Shown: positions 1 to 11,775 of the stretch, one piece after another
How the letters are laid out: each line of letters starts with the position of its first letter
Numbering within the stretch: position 1 is the stretch's first letter
From: Mobula hypostoma
Lineage: Eukaryota
Assembly (NCBI RefSeq): GCF_963921235.1
Contig: NC_086097.1
Coordinates: 132,620,001-132,684,000 of the forward strand
Length of the DNA stretch: 64,000 bases
Reading direction: 5' to 3'
Translations under genes and position numbers: made by a program
The notes under the pieces: generated by a model
The model's database searches: none
Seen by the model: the letters and a program-made list of their open reading frames with translations, nothing else
What the model was told of the DNA's origin: nothing

Positions 1-930
1 ATGGAATCTATTGCAGACAAGTGTGATGTTTTGCACTTTGGGAACACAAACTAGCGTAGGACTTATACAGTCAGTAGTGGGGTACTGAGGAATGCAGTAG
101 AACAGAGGGGTCTGGGAATACAGATCCGTAATTGTTTAAAAGAGGTATCACAGACAGATCAGGTTGCAAAGAGAGCTTTTGGCACATCAGCCCTCATAAG
201 TCAAAGTATTGAGTACAGGAGTTGAATGTTATGTTGAAGTTGTATAAACTTCTGGGGTTCTAACGTTTTCTGTCATTTATTCTTTGGGGTTTTTCTTCTT
301 CTTCATGGATGCCTGCAAAGAGTAAGAATTTCAGGCTGTATACTTTATACATTCTCTGATATTAAATGGAATCATTAAGTTATTGAATATTGGTGAGGCC
401 TAATTTGGAGTATTGTGTGTGTGCGCAGTTTTGGTCACCAAGCTATAGAAAAGATGCCAATAAGGTTGGAAGAATAAAGAAAAAAATTTATAAGGATGTT
501 GTCATAATTTGAGGACCAAAGTTATAGGGAAATGTTAAATAGGTTAGGATTTTATTCCCCAGAGCATAGAACAATGAGGGGAGATTTGATAGAGGTATAC
601 AACATTTTGAGGGCTATAGATAGGGTAAATGCTAGCAAGCTTTTTCCATTGACATTGGGAGCTACTAGAGCTAGAGGTCATGATTTAGGGGTGAAAGGTA
701 AAATGTTTAAAGGGAACACGAGAGGGAATTTCTTCACTGAGGGTGATGAGAGTGTGGATCGAGCTGCGCGTGGAAGTGTTTGATTTCAGAACTTGAGGGA
801 AATTTGGATAGATACAGGGATGGAAGGGGCATGGAGGGCTATGTTCCAAGTGTTTATTGATGTGACTAGGCAGAAAAGTAGTTTGGCACAGACTAGACGG
901 ACCATTTCTGTGCTGCAGTGTCCTATGTGA
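1..930 (+). mobile_element. CR1-type LINE 3' fragment (degraded), interrupted by a short insertion at about 250-388
   Basis: ORF 532-783 has the CR1 ORF2 C-terminal signature (RGDLIEVYNIL...TRARGH...GNFFT). The LYKTLVRP-like coding stretch is split at about 250/389. Confidence 0.85.
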
Positions 931-1410
931 GAGGAGGTTCTTTACAAAGAGTGGCATATGCCTGGTTTGAAAGGGAAAGAATAGTGAAAGCTAATAACCA
1001 GTAAAAAGAGATGTGTATTTTGCTAAGTTGGTAATAGGGAACCGGAGACAAAGCCTAAAATTATTGACATGAAATGCAGCAGTGACAACACTCAAATTTC
1101 AGGAACATCATCTACTATGTTATAGCATGCCCCCATTGTTGTAGTAGAAATCTAGATTTACTAAATTAGACTTGTGGACAATCATTTCATTCAGTAACCA
1201 AGACCTCATTTGTTACTTAATTGAGTATTTCTGTAACAGCCATTCTGTTATCTAAAACCTGTTAATTAGTTTCTGTGGAGTCTCGTCAATTGAGAATGTA
1301 AAAGCTCTACCAATTCATGCCCTGGTAGATCAGATTTGTCTGGTCTCCTGGAGCACAGCGGTTGTAATACTTCTCCTGTTATTTCTCTGTATGGCCTTTC
1401 CTATAGCCTA

Positions 1411-1945
1411 TAGCCTGGAATGCTTTGCTGGGGGTAGTAGTAGAGGCTGGTGCATTAAGGGTGTTTAAGAGACACTTAGATTGGCACATAGACATGAGAA
1501 AAATGAAGCATTGTGGGCAGTGTAGGAGAGAAGGGATGGTTGACTGAGAGGTAGGCTTATATAGGTTGACACAACCTCAAAGACTGAAGGGCTATGTCCC
1601 ACGTTCTATGTTCATATATGTATATTGGGTGGCTAGTCAGGATCTTTATCCCATGGCAGGGCTATCAAAAACAAGGGGACATAGGTTTAAGGTAGGAGGA
1701 AGGAATTTTAAAGGAGAATTGAGGGAAAAGTTTGTTTTTTCACACAGAGGGTGGTTGATAACTGGAGCATGCTGCTACAGGAGGTGGTTGCATCAGATAT
1801 AATCACTATATTTAACAGATATTTGGACAAGCAGGCATAGAGAGATACAGACCAAATGTGGGTGAATGGGATTCATGTAGGTGAGCGAAAAGGTCAGCCT
1901 GGACGTAATGGGCTGGTGCCTCTGCTGATTCTACAAAACTATGAC
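1411..1945 (+). mobile_element. Two CR1 3'-end fragments
   Basis: SKTRGHRFKVGGRNFKGELREKF motif in ORF 1566-1802, and a ttctatgttc tail at about 1603-1612. Confidence 0.7.
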
Positions 1946-2695
1946 CCAATTTGGTTTGGATCAAATGACACAAATCCGTGTGGAAGCTGAACTATTAAAA
2001 TTGTTTTTATTTCTTTACATACAATCAAGAATGCTCAAAATTGGCCAGTAATACAATAGTGAGTCCCCCTGCTTATCTACTAATACACTTCCTCCATGTG
2101 AATCTAATTCCAATTGTCCAAATATGTCTCCATGGCTCTCACTCTGAAAACAATCTCAGATCTATATATTCAGTGCACATGGAATTTGTCTCCCATTTGT
2201 TCTGATACAATCTTATTCTTCAGAACAGCCCGAGACAGGCTTAGGGGTAATACTGTCTGCCTGCACTCTGCTGCCATATAGATGTAGCGTTGAATTTTGT
2301 GCCTTCATTATGGTGACCTCTCCTAGTTAATGATATAGCTCATTGATTTCTTGTTCTCAAGGAATCAAAGGATGGCAATGAATACACTTGAAATTCTCCG
2401 GCACTGATCTTTTGGAAAGCAAGTCTGATGGCACTCAAACACTTACAATATTGAACACTGAAAGTGTACAAATCTAAAAGCTTGTAGTGTTAAGGTTTGG
2501 AGATGGCAGGAGCAATGACTGAAAGAAGGAAGCAATGATTCTCAGGGAATTTGGGCTGTTGAATCTCGAAAGCCTTGGCAATTTTATTGCTAAAGAAAGA
2601 CAAATTATTTTCTGACTCTGCCAGACAGATAAATCCAATACTCCTGCTATTTTTGACCGAGACAAGTATACCCTTTATTGAGTGACGATCACATA

Positions 2696-3189
2696 CACCC
2701 AGTGGCCATTTTATTAGGTACCCCTTCATCTGCTTGGCAATGCAAATGTATAATCAGCCCATCATGTGGCAACAACTCAATGCATAAAAGCATGCAGACA
2801 CAGTCAGGAGATTCACTTGTTGTTCAGGCCAAACAATACAATGTGGAAGAAATGTGATCTAAGTGACTTTGACCGTGAAATGATTATTGGTGCCAGGCAG
2901 GGTAGTTTGAGTATCTCAGTAACTGCTGAGAATGGTGTAAAAACAACAGTAAGCCCAGTGAGCAGCAGTGCTGCAGGCAAAAACACATTGTTAATGAGAG
3001 AGATCAAATAAGAATGGCCAGACCTGTTCAAGCTGACAGGAAGGCACCAGTAACTCAAATAACCACATGTTACAACAGTGGTGTGCAGAAGAGCATTTCT
3101 GAACACACAACACATCGAACCTCAAAGTGGATGGGCTACAGAATCAGAAGACTATGTACAGGTGTATCTAATAAAGTGATCATTGAGTG
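2696..3189 (+). mobile_element. Tc1-like internally deleted DNA transposon
   Basis: TIRs CACCCAGTGGCCATTTTATTAGGTAC / GTATCTAATAAAGTGATCATTGAGTG, TA on both sides. Transposase N-terminus remnants KKCDLSDFDREMIIGAR and MARPVQADRKAPVTQITT. Confidence 0.9.
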
Positions 3190-3231
3190 TATATGAATAC
3201 TTTATATCTGTCTATATATTGTATTTATATA

Positions 3232-3251
3232 GTGTGTGTGTGTGTGTGTGT
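3232..3251. repeat. (GT)n microsatellite
   Basis: Direct read. Confidence 0.95.
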
Positions 3252-3264
3252 ATAGGATAAAGGG

Positions 3265-5007
3265 TTTGGACAGAGTGGCTAGAATCTGGAAATCACTGCT
3301 TGTTCTATTGTGGCTTTCAGGAGGGAATTTTTTTAGATTAGATTATGAGGACACGCAGTCCTCTTTTATTGTCATTTAGTAATGCATGCATTAAGAAATA
3401 ATACAATGTTCCTCCAGAATGATATCACAGAAACACAGGACAAACCAAGACTGAAAAACTGATAAAAAACACATAATTATAACATATAGTTACAACGGTG
3501 CAGAGCAATACCGTAACTTGATAAAGAACAGACCATGGGCACGGTAAAAAAAAGTCTCAAAGTCTCTCAAAACTCCCACCATCTCACACAGATGGTAGAA
3601 GGAAGAAAAACTCTCCCTGCCATGAGCTTCCAGCACCGCAAAGTTGGCAATGCAGCACCCTGGAAGCACCCGACCACAGCCGACTCTTGAGTTCATCCAA
3701 AAACTTCGAGCCTCCGACACCAAGCACCATCTCTGCCGAGTGCTTCGACCCCAGTCCCGGCAACAAGCAGTAGGCAAAACCAAGTATTTTGGGCCTTCCC
3801 CTCCAGAGATTCTCGATTGCACAGTAGCAGCGGCAGCGAAGCGGGCATTTCAGAAGTTTCTCCAGATGTTCCTCGTGCTTCTCACGTCTGTCTCCATCAA
3901 ATCAGGATTGTGCACGGTACCTACTTACAAATACGATATCATTTCGGAGCGGCTGCGCGCGCTGCATTGCGCCGCCATCTTCTCCTCCCCTCCTGAGTTA
4001 GATAGACATATGGCAGAGAATATTCATAAAGCTACATGAAAAGGACTATTAGGTGGAATTGGAGAATTGCTTTGGCAGAGAGCCAGCATGGGCGGAATGG
4101 GCCAAGTGGCCTCATTCAGAGCAGGAACCACCCTATGATTACTGATGTACGTTAATTATTCATCATTGAAATATGCACATGTGGTCCAGAATTCCTTTAA
4201 AACGCATTTATCACTGAAGAGAAACTTTGCCCTTGAAGCATACACAATATCAAAATCAAAGTTACTCATTGGGCAGAACATTACTCACATGCATTTTACA
4301 TTATTAGCCCAATCACAAAGGCATCAAATACAACACTAAAGAGCTCAATAGTCTAAAGGAACAGACAAGATGCTGAAGGAACTCAGTGGATTTGAACAGA
4401 TGAAGAGTTTCAATCCAAAGCATCAGCTGGTCATTTCTCTCCACAGTTGCTGTCTGATCTATTGAGTTCCTCCACATCTTATTTGTTGTCCAGATTTCAG
4501 CATCTGCAGTCTCTGGGTTCTCCAATCTGAAACACCTTCTTGAGACAGTCCTTCTAAACCCTCCCGCACTTTTGGGGAAAACAGCTTGCCACAGTTTTAT
4601 GCTAGTGGGGATCTGCTTCACTCCTGTTAGATACTTTGCAAGTTCAAGAGTTATTTATAAAACACCAGCAGGAACAGAAATAAACATAATCAATTATACA
4701 AATAATCAAAATCAATTTGACAAACTACATTACACAAGAACATTTAAAAATGAACCCATAGTTTATGAATAGCCCAGTTTAAATATTACACAGTATGAAT
4801 CATACAAAGATTGATTATGCTACCCAGATGGTCATGCCAGCATTTAGATTCTATTATAGACTCTTTACCATTTACCTTTGCCCCATGTAATACTCCATGG
4901 GTCCTATTAATTGTAATTGGTATATTATTGTCACTTCTACTGACATGCAGTGAAAAGCTTTTGGTTGCATGCCAGACAGACAGATAATCCCACACATAAG
5001 TACATCA
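3265..5007 (+). repeat. Old local duplication, copy 1 (paralogous to about 35820-38543)
   Basis: Collinear shared blocks, e.g. tgaaatatgcacat, atcactgaagagaaactttg, agttactcattgggcagaacat, atagtttatgaatagcccagtttaaatattacacagtatgaatcat. Confidence 0.9.
3331..3993 (-). mobile_element. Non-autonomous retroposon (about 660 bp) with AAGATGGCGG head and Rex1-like tail
   Basis: Second copy at 25580-26270. Minus-strand 3' end ATGACAATAAAA...(AATCT)n. Absent from the paralogous site at about 35895-35905. Confidence 0.85.
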
Positions 5008-6170
5008 CAGAAACTAGGCTTCCCTCTGTGGACTCTGCCTAAACTTCTCATTGCCTCAGTGAAGCAGTCAACAAGAGAATTCCCCACCATCGTTGGTATC
5101 CACAGGAGGTGCTGCCTCAAGTAGGCGACATCCATCATCAAAAATCCCACCATCCAGGGCATGCCATATTTTTGCAGCTTCCATTCAACAGGAGGTACCA
5201 AAGCCTGAACTCGCACACTGCCAGATTTAATAGCAGCAACTTCCATTCAACCGTTCGAATCTTATCTTGAAGCATACTGCACTACACTAATTGCTACTTC
5301 AGTATAGCAATACTATGACCACTTTGACCACCGTACTAAAATGGATTTGTTTCGTATCTTCTTGTAAAAATTGCCTATAATTTATGTTGTTCTTGTGAAT
5401 GTTACTTATATTGTGCTGAGTCTATGATGCTACTGAAAATAAGTTTTTCATTGTACCTGTTCATGCATGTACTTGGGCATATGACAATAAACACTCTTGA
5501 TTTTTTATTTACCTTTGAACATAATCAAAGACCTCAGCACCCCAGGCATTCTCTCTTCTTGCCCTTCCCATCAGGCAGGAGATACAAAAGCCTGGAAGCA
5601 GGTTCCGCAAGTATTTCAAATGCAAATATTTATTTATTCAGGTACAGCATGAAAAAGGCCCTATCGGCCCTTCAAGTCGCGCCACCCAGCAATCCCCTGA
5701 TTTCATCCTAGCCTAATCACGGGGCAATTTACAATGACCAATTAACCTACTAAGCGGTGCATCTTTGGATTGTGGGAGGAAACCAGAGCACCCAGAAGAA
5801 ACCCTCACGATCACAGGAAGGCCATAGAAACTCATTACAGGCAGCACCAGGAATTGAACCCGGGTTGTTGGTACTGTAAAGCGTGTGCTAATCACTACAC
5901 TACCTTACCACTCATCGACTGTCTATTTCCCTCCACAGTTGCTGCCTGGCTTATTGTTATGGCCTTATACATTATGGTCTGCCTGCATTGCACCTTTTCT
6001 TTAGTTGTAACAATTTATTCTGCCTGTTGTTATTGTTTTCCCTTTACTACCTCAACACACTGATATGATGAAATGATTTGCAGATAGCATGCACAACAGG
6101 GTTTTTCACTGAACCTTGGAACATGTGATAACAATAAAACAATTTTACTTCATTTATCATGTACCACTAT
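5008..6170 (+). mobile_element. Nested Rex1/Babar-like 3' fragments
   Basis: HPRHSLFLPFPSGRRYKSL motif and tgacaataaa-type tails. Inner copy at about 5075-5517. Confidence 0.7.
5630..5905 (-). mobile_element. tRNA-derived V-domain SINE (HE1-like)
   Basis: Minus strand has B-box GGTTCAATTCC and V-domain GGGTTTCTTCTGGGTGCTCTGGTTTCCTCCCACAATCCAAAGA. Confidence 0.8.
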
Positions 6171-6379
6171 TGATGCAATTTATAATGCTGACTTTGGATG
6201 CTTTTTGGAACTTACTCATTTACTAATAGTTTTCTTAGCTCCAAGCACATATTCTCTTGTTTTAGATTGCAGAGCTGGGCCAATTACATTAGGGTGTACT
6301 TCTAGATCAATGGAAGGGGAAAGCAGAAAGGTGGTGCTAAATCTGCAATGAATCTTTGTGAGGCCACAAGGGTGTACCT

Positions 6380-6770
6380 ATCAGGAAGAGATGAACAGGC
6401 AAGCTCTCTTTTCTCTTGAGAAAAGAAGGCTGAACTGTGAGCATGTAAGAGTCTTTAAAATAATAGAAGGTTTTAATCAAGTGGATACAGAGAGGCTCCA
6501 GCTTAAGGGGAGGTTATAACTAAGATGTTCACGATAAGATGATCGTCAATAGAGGAATTCAAAGAAACATTGCTCCCTAAAGATGTGTGAGTTGTGGAAC
6601 TCCCTCCCATAGTAAGTGTTTAAAACAGAGAAGGAATCGAAGTGGGACTGGGCAAACACATGAGAGAGATGTGAATAGAGGGTTACACTGAGGTAGGATG
6701 GGATGAGGCTAGAGTGGAGCATAAAGGCTGGCATGATCTAGTTGGGCTGAATGGCTTGTTTCTGTGGCAT
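6380..6770 (+). mobile_element. Old CR1 3' fragment
   Basis: Degenerate ttttctcttgagaaaagaaggctga start, and gttgggctgaatggcttgtttctgtg 3' UTR. Confidence 0.6.
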
Positions 6771-6904
6771 ATTTCTCACACAATCCTTTGCTCTATACTC
6801 CTACTTAAAGCAAACCTGAATTCACACTCACACATTTACCTGCAATATGTTGTCCCTATGTGGCATGTGAACATATAATTTGAAGATATGCCATTTTGTG
6901 CTTT

Positions 6905-7225
6905 GCGGTAGCATATTATTAGATTAATAACCTAGAGGTCTGAATTAATAAGTGAATTTACAATTCAACTCTGGCAATTTGGTAATTAAAATTCACTTAA
7001 TGAAAAAGGAAGCTGCTGTCAGTAATGGCAACGATAAGATTACTGGCCTTTGTTATATATTCTTTTGGTTCACTGATATAAATTAAGGAAGGAAATCTGC
7101 CCTTCTTACCTGATCGGACCTATCAGTGAATCCAGACTGACTGCATAACTACGCTCTGAAATGGCTCACAAATTCACTCTGTTCAAAGGTAATGAATGGC
7201 AGTGATAAAAGCTGGCTGTACCGAT
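6905..7225 (+). mobile_element. Old SINE
   Basis: Shares ggaaggaaatctgcc-ttcttacct core with 51860-52105. Confidence 0.6.
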
Positions 7226-7344
7226 GTTATTTTCTTAGAAGATTAAGGAAGTAGGGCATAACACAAAACACTAACAAATTTCAATCGATGTATCATTAAA
7301 AGTATTCTGATTATTTGCATCATGGTCTGTAATAACAATATAAA

Positions 7345-7742
7345 TGTGCAGAAAGTAGTGGACTCGGCCTAATACACCATGGGCACATCCTTCTCCATCA
7401 CTGTAGAATCTACATGAGTTGCTGCCTCAAGATGGTAATATCTATCATGAAAGATCCCCACCATCCAGGCCATGCCATCTTCTAACAGCTACCATCAGGC
7501 AAGAGATACAGAAGCCTGAAGCCCCACACCACCGGGTTCAAGAACAACTACTTCCCTTAAAACACTCTGTTCTTGAACCAGCCTGAACAAAGCTATGTAA
7601 TTTGTGTTTAATCTATGTTTATTTGTGAGTGTTGTGTATCTGATGCAATGTGTCTGTGATGCTGTTGAAAGTATAAGTTTTTCATTGTAGCAATCCATGC
7701 TTACACTTATATGTATGACATTAAACTCAACTTTGACTTTGA
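7345..7742 (+). mobile_element. Rex1/Babar-like 3' fragment
   Basis: gatccccaccatccaggccatgcc...ccatcaggcaagagatacagaagcctg, and (actttg)n tail. Confidence 0.75.
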
Positions 7743-8115
7743 TACTAATTTCCTGCGATCCAATGAATGCTCCAGGATTAAATATTTTTGATCGGCAGCA
7801 GATCCTCATTTGGGAGAGATGAAAACCAAGAAAGAACTTAGCTAATAAGGGTAATTCCTTTCAAACTCTGTCATATACCTAAAGGTGGCTCAGGAAATCA
7901 CACAGAATAAGAGAACATGTTCAGGGACAATTTCTAAATGACATACGCTCTAAATGACTTGTCTGCCCAATCAGTAAAGGCTCCACTTCCCTTAAGACAA
8001 CATTGAGAGGTCTCAGCCTCAAATTTTGCTGCCCAGCATCTGACTCCGTGCTTCTTCCAGACCATTCACAATCCCAGAGTGGTAAAGAACCACAAGTCAA
8101 GTTTCAGTGCATATA

Positions 8116-8649
8116 CACTCAGTAGCCACTTTATTAGGTAGACCTGTACGCCTGCTTGTTAATGCAAATATCTCATCAGCCAATCATATGGCTGCAACAC
8201 AATGCATAAAAACATGCAGACATGGTCAAGAGGTTCAGTTGTTGTTCAGCCCAAATATCAGAATCAGGAAGATATGTGATCTAAATGACTTTGTCTATGT
8301 AATAACAGGGTGAGTCTGAGTATCTCAGCATTTGCTTATCTCCTGCGATTTTCACGTACAGCAGTCTCTAGTCTTTACAGAGAATGATGAAGAAAACAAG
8401 AAAAGAACTAGTGATGGCAGTTCTGTGGGCAAAAATGCTCTGGTAATGAGTGAGGTTAAAACTAACAGGAAGAAGACAGTCCCTCAGATAACCACGCATT
8501 ACAAGAGTGGTGTGCAGAGGAGCATCCCCAAATGCACAACACATTGAATCATGAAGAGGATTGGGCCACAGCAGCAAAAGAGCACAAACATACACTCAGT
8601 AGCCTCTTTATTATGTACAGGATGTACCTAATAAAGTGGCCACTGAGTG
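8116..8649 (+). mobile_element. Tc1-like deleted element, same family as 2696-3189
   Basis: TIR CACTCAGTAGCCACTTTATTAGGTA / TACCTAATAAAGTGGCCACTGAGTG with TA on the left, plus transposase N-terminal remnants. Confidence 0.9.
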
Positions 8650-8929
8650 CATCAGCTCCCTCTGTCCTTTCAGCTACTTAATAGGGTTCAACTCCCTGGA
8701 ATGTCAGATCATTTGCCAAAATGTCCGTCACTGATTCTAATTTTTCCATCTGAAATATAGTCAGTAAGTATAGCAACTCCTGTTCATCCACCACCTCCAG
8801 CAGTCGTTGGTGGGAAAAGCATGGCGACTGCAGTGGAGATTTGGAGTAAGAGGATGTAGGTGATTGTTCATGTTTCTCAGATGAAGATGTTCCTTTCTAA
8901 ATATTGCCATTTTGATGATAAATCTAACC

Positions 8930-9465
8930 TTAAAGTCAAAGTCAAATATGAGTTCATTGTCTTATGCATAAGCATATGTGGGCACATGTACAATGAAAAA
9001 CTTACTTACACCAGGCACGTAGACAGACAAGAATACATCCACAAGAATAACACAAAGCAGATATAAATTGTACAAAATTATACAAAGCTGAACACAACTA
9101 TACTAAACAGGAACAAGGGTCATTGTAATATAAAACGAACAAAAATGGTCATAGTGTTGCTATGCCAAGGTAGTGATTAGGATTATGCAGCTTGGATCAA
9201 GAGCTGAATGATTGAAAGTGAGGAATTGCTCTTGAACTTGATACTGTGGAAATTCAGGTCTCTGTACCTCCTGGCCAATGGTAGCTACAAGAAGTTGGTA
9301 AGTATCGTGAGGACCTTTGATGATAGATGTTGCTATCTTGAGGTAGTGCCTCTTGTAGATAGTTCCGGTGTTGGGAGGGATGTGCCTGTGATGTAGTTGG
9401 CTGAGTCCACTACTCTCTGTAACTTCTTACATTCCTCCGCATTCAAATTGACAAAGCAGACCATA
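8930..9465 (-). mobile_element. Rex1/Babar-like 3' fragment
   Basis: Reverse-complement similarity to 7345-7742, with (aaagtc)n tail. Confidence 0.65.
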
Positions 9466-9929
9466 ACTCATACATGAATTTAGACCTCCTAAATATGCAG
9501 AGAAAAGGATCCAATGACTATCTTTGGTGGTACTTATGACGCCTGAAAGGTATCATGTGAAATTCTGGGCATCATATTTTCTCAAGCAATCTGTTTGGCC
9601 TCAAAATTGGCCCAGTTTTTGTTCACAGTATAAACCAGATATGAAATGTCTTTCTCTACACAACATAGCCAACAACAATAAATCAAATGCTATTGTCATG
9701 AGGCATTAACTCCACAGATGCAAACTAGCCTACTGAATGTTCCCAGAGTTTTCTGTTTATCTTTCAGATTTCCAGCATTTGCAGATCTTTGCTTTTCATT
9801 AGCAACAAACAAGTGCATTTATAGAATGTCTTTAATGTAGCAAGATGTCCCACAGATGAGTGCATCTGAAATAACATTGAAAAAGCTTGACACTATTTGG
9901 GACGAACCAATCAGACTTACTAACACTCC

Positions 9930-10320
9930 CCGGACATTAATATCCTTCATCATCAGTGCTCAGTGATTGTAATGTGAACCATCTGCAAAATGCAGCACAG
10001 TCATTAGCCCTTGTTATTCTGAGAGAACTTCCCAAGTATGCAAGCGTGATGACCAAGAAAGGCATAGATAACAAACACATGGGAGCACCATCATTTGCAG
10101 GTTTTCCACCCTTGACTTGAAACTATATCAGCAGTCCACTGTCACTGGGTCCAGATTCTGAAGCTCTCTTCCCATTGCATTTTGGGTGCACCTTCAGCAG
10201 AAGGACTGCAATAATTCAGTAAGGCAGCCCGCTATCACTTCCTCAAGGATAATTAGGGATGGGTGATAAATGCTGGCCTTCCCAGCAATGCTCACACCAG
10301 GAAAAGGAATGAATAAATGA
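9930..10320 (+). mobile_element. Old L2/CR1-group LINE 3' end (related minus-strand copy at about 12480-12830)
   Basis: 3' end ctcaaggataattagggatgggtgataaatgctggcctt...gaatgaataaatga. Confidence 0.6.
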
Positions 10321-10397
10321 AAAAGCAAGCTAAATTACAACCAATGAAATAGGAAATCAGGTAACCTACAGCTTAGTTAGAGATAGTTTCCACCATA

Positions 10398-11775
10398 GAA
10401 TCAGAGTCAGGTTTATTATCACTTACACAAACTTTATTGTTTTGAGGCAGCAGTTCAATGCAAGGACATAAAATTGTCATGATGTAAAATAAATAAATAG
10501 TGAAAAAAATAGGAATAACAGGCCGTGTTCATGGGTATATGGGCCATTCATAATTGGCCCATGTACCATTTCTGTATAATTGACTGTGGGTCTTCAGGCT
10601 CCTCTTGTCACAAGGTGGACACCGGGAACAGACTCAAATGCAAGACACAGACACTGAAGTACTAGGAACAGGACTTGACTAGAGTTGGGTTGTGACAGGA
10701 TACAGACAAGGAACAGGGACAAGAACGCAGACTTGGGCTAGGACATGGACTAGAAACAGGGAACCCGGACAAGGAACCATGAACTAGGAGCCTGGGCTTG
10801 GGAAAGTGGGACCAGGACTAGGAACCATGGGGTCTGCCGGCTGCCGGCTGGGGTCTGGAGGCTGCCAGGACTTATCCTTCGAAAAGCCAGGACTCATCTT
10901 TAACATGACACTAACACAAGACTGGACAGTACATAGACATAGAGCCGGGACTTATCCTTAGACAAGCTGGGACTCAACTTTATCTCCACACCAAGGTGGG
11001 ACAGGTCCATCCGTCGGGAAATGGCGGAGCGGCCAGACTTACCCCACGGAGGTGAGAACAAGACAAGACAGATCTCCCCGCAGGGCAATGGCAGAATGGC
11101 CTGAATTACCCCACAGAGGCGAGGACAAGAAGAGACAAACACCGAAGAACAACAGACAGTTCCATCTCTGCATTGGGGTTGCTCCGAGTTGCAGTTACGA
11201 CCTGCAACCTTGGCTGGCTACAGAAACAGCTGGATCCCTACCTAGCTCGGAGCGGCTGACGGCCACTCAGCTGGCCCGGGAAACAGCCAAATCTATACCG
11301 CAAAGACAGCTCCGACTGCCGACAGCAAGGCTCCATGAAGCGATGGTTCTCCAATGCCGCCTAAAGATGGCAAGTGGCCAACCTAGCCTTCCACCAGCAG
11401 GTTGCTCCTAGGGGATCTTGACAAGACAAACCTGCAGCCCACACTCGAACCAAGTCCTATTCCAAGCCCCAAGATGGGAATCAGGTGCCTGTGATTAACC
11501 CAACCGAAACAAGGGACAGCTGGAAGACCCGGAGTCCATGGACCAGACTGTGAACCGGAATGCGGAGTTCATGGACCGGACCATGACACCTCTACCTTTT
11601 TCCCAATGGTAGTAATAAGAGAAGGGCATGTCTTGAATGTTAAGGATCCTCAGCGATAAAAGCCACCTTCTGAGGTGCTGCATGATGAGGATTTCTTCAA
11701 TGCTTTGGAGAGTTAGGCCTGTAATGGAGCTGGCTGAGTATACCCTCTGAAGTCTCTCGCGATCTTCCCTCAAGG
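10398..11775 (-). mobile_element. Rex1-like fragment split by a solo LTR
   Basis: agaatcagagtcaggtttattatc tail. The host phrase tcttcaggctcctct|acctttttccc rejoins across the LTR. Confidence 0.7.
10606..11588. mobile_element. Solo LTR (983 bp)
   Basis: TGTCA...TGACA termini with 5-bp TSD CCTCT (10601-10605, 11589-11593). Internal short GGACTAG/GGAAC repeats. Confidence 0.85.

Noticed and set aside
3490..4039. Overlapping 110-131 aa ORFs
   Set aside because: They lie within the GC-rich retroposon, and the frames are not preserved in copy 2.
5850..5905. tRNA gene
   Set aside because: Only a SINE head with A/B-box remnants, followed by the V-domain.
10660..10830. Short repeats resembling a CRISPR-like array
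   Set aside because: Irregular degenerate LTR repeats in eukaryotic DNA, with no constant repeat/spacer period and no cas genes.
10900..11411. 80-119 aa ORFs
   Set aside because: Inside the solo LTR with no recognisable domain.
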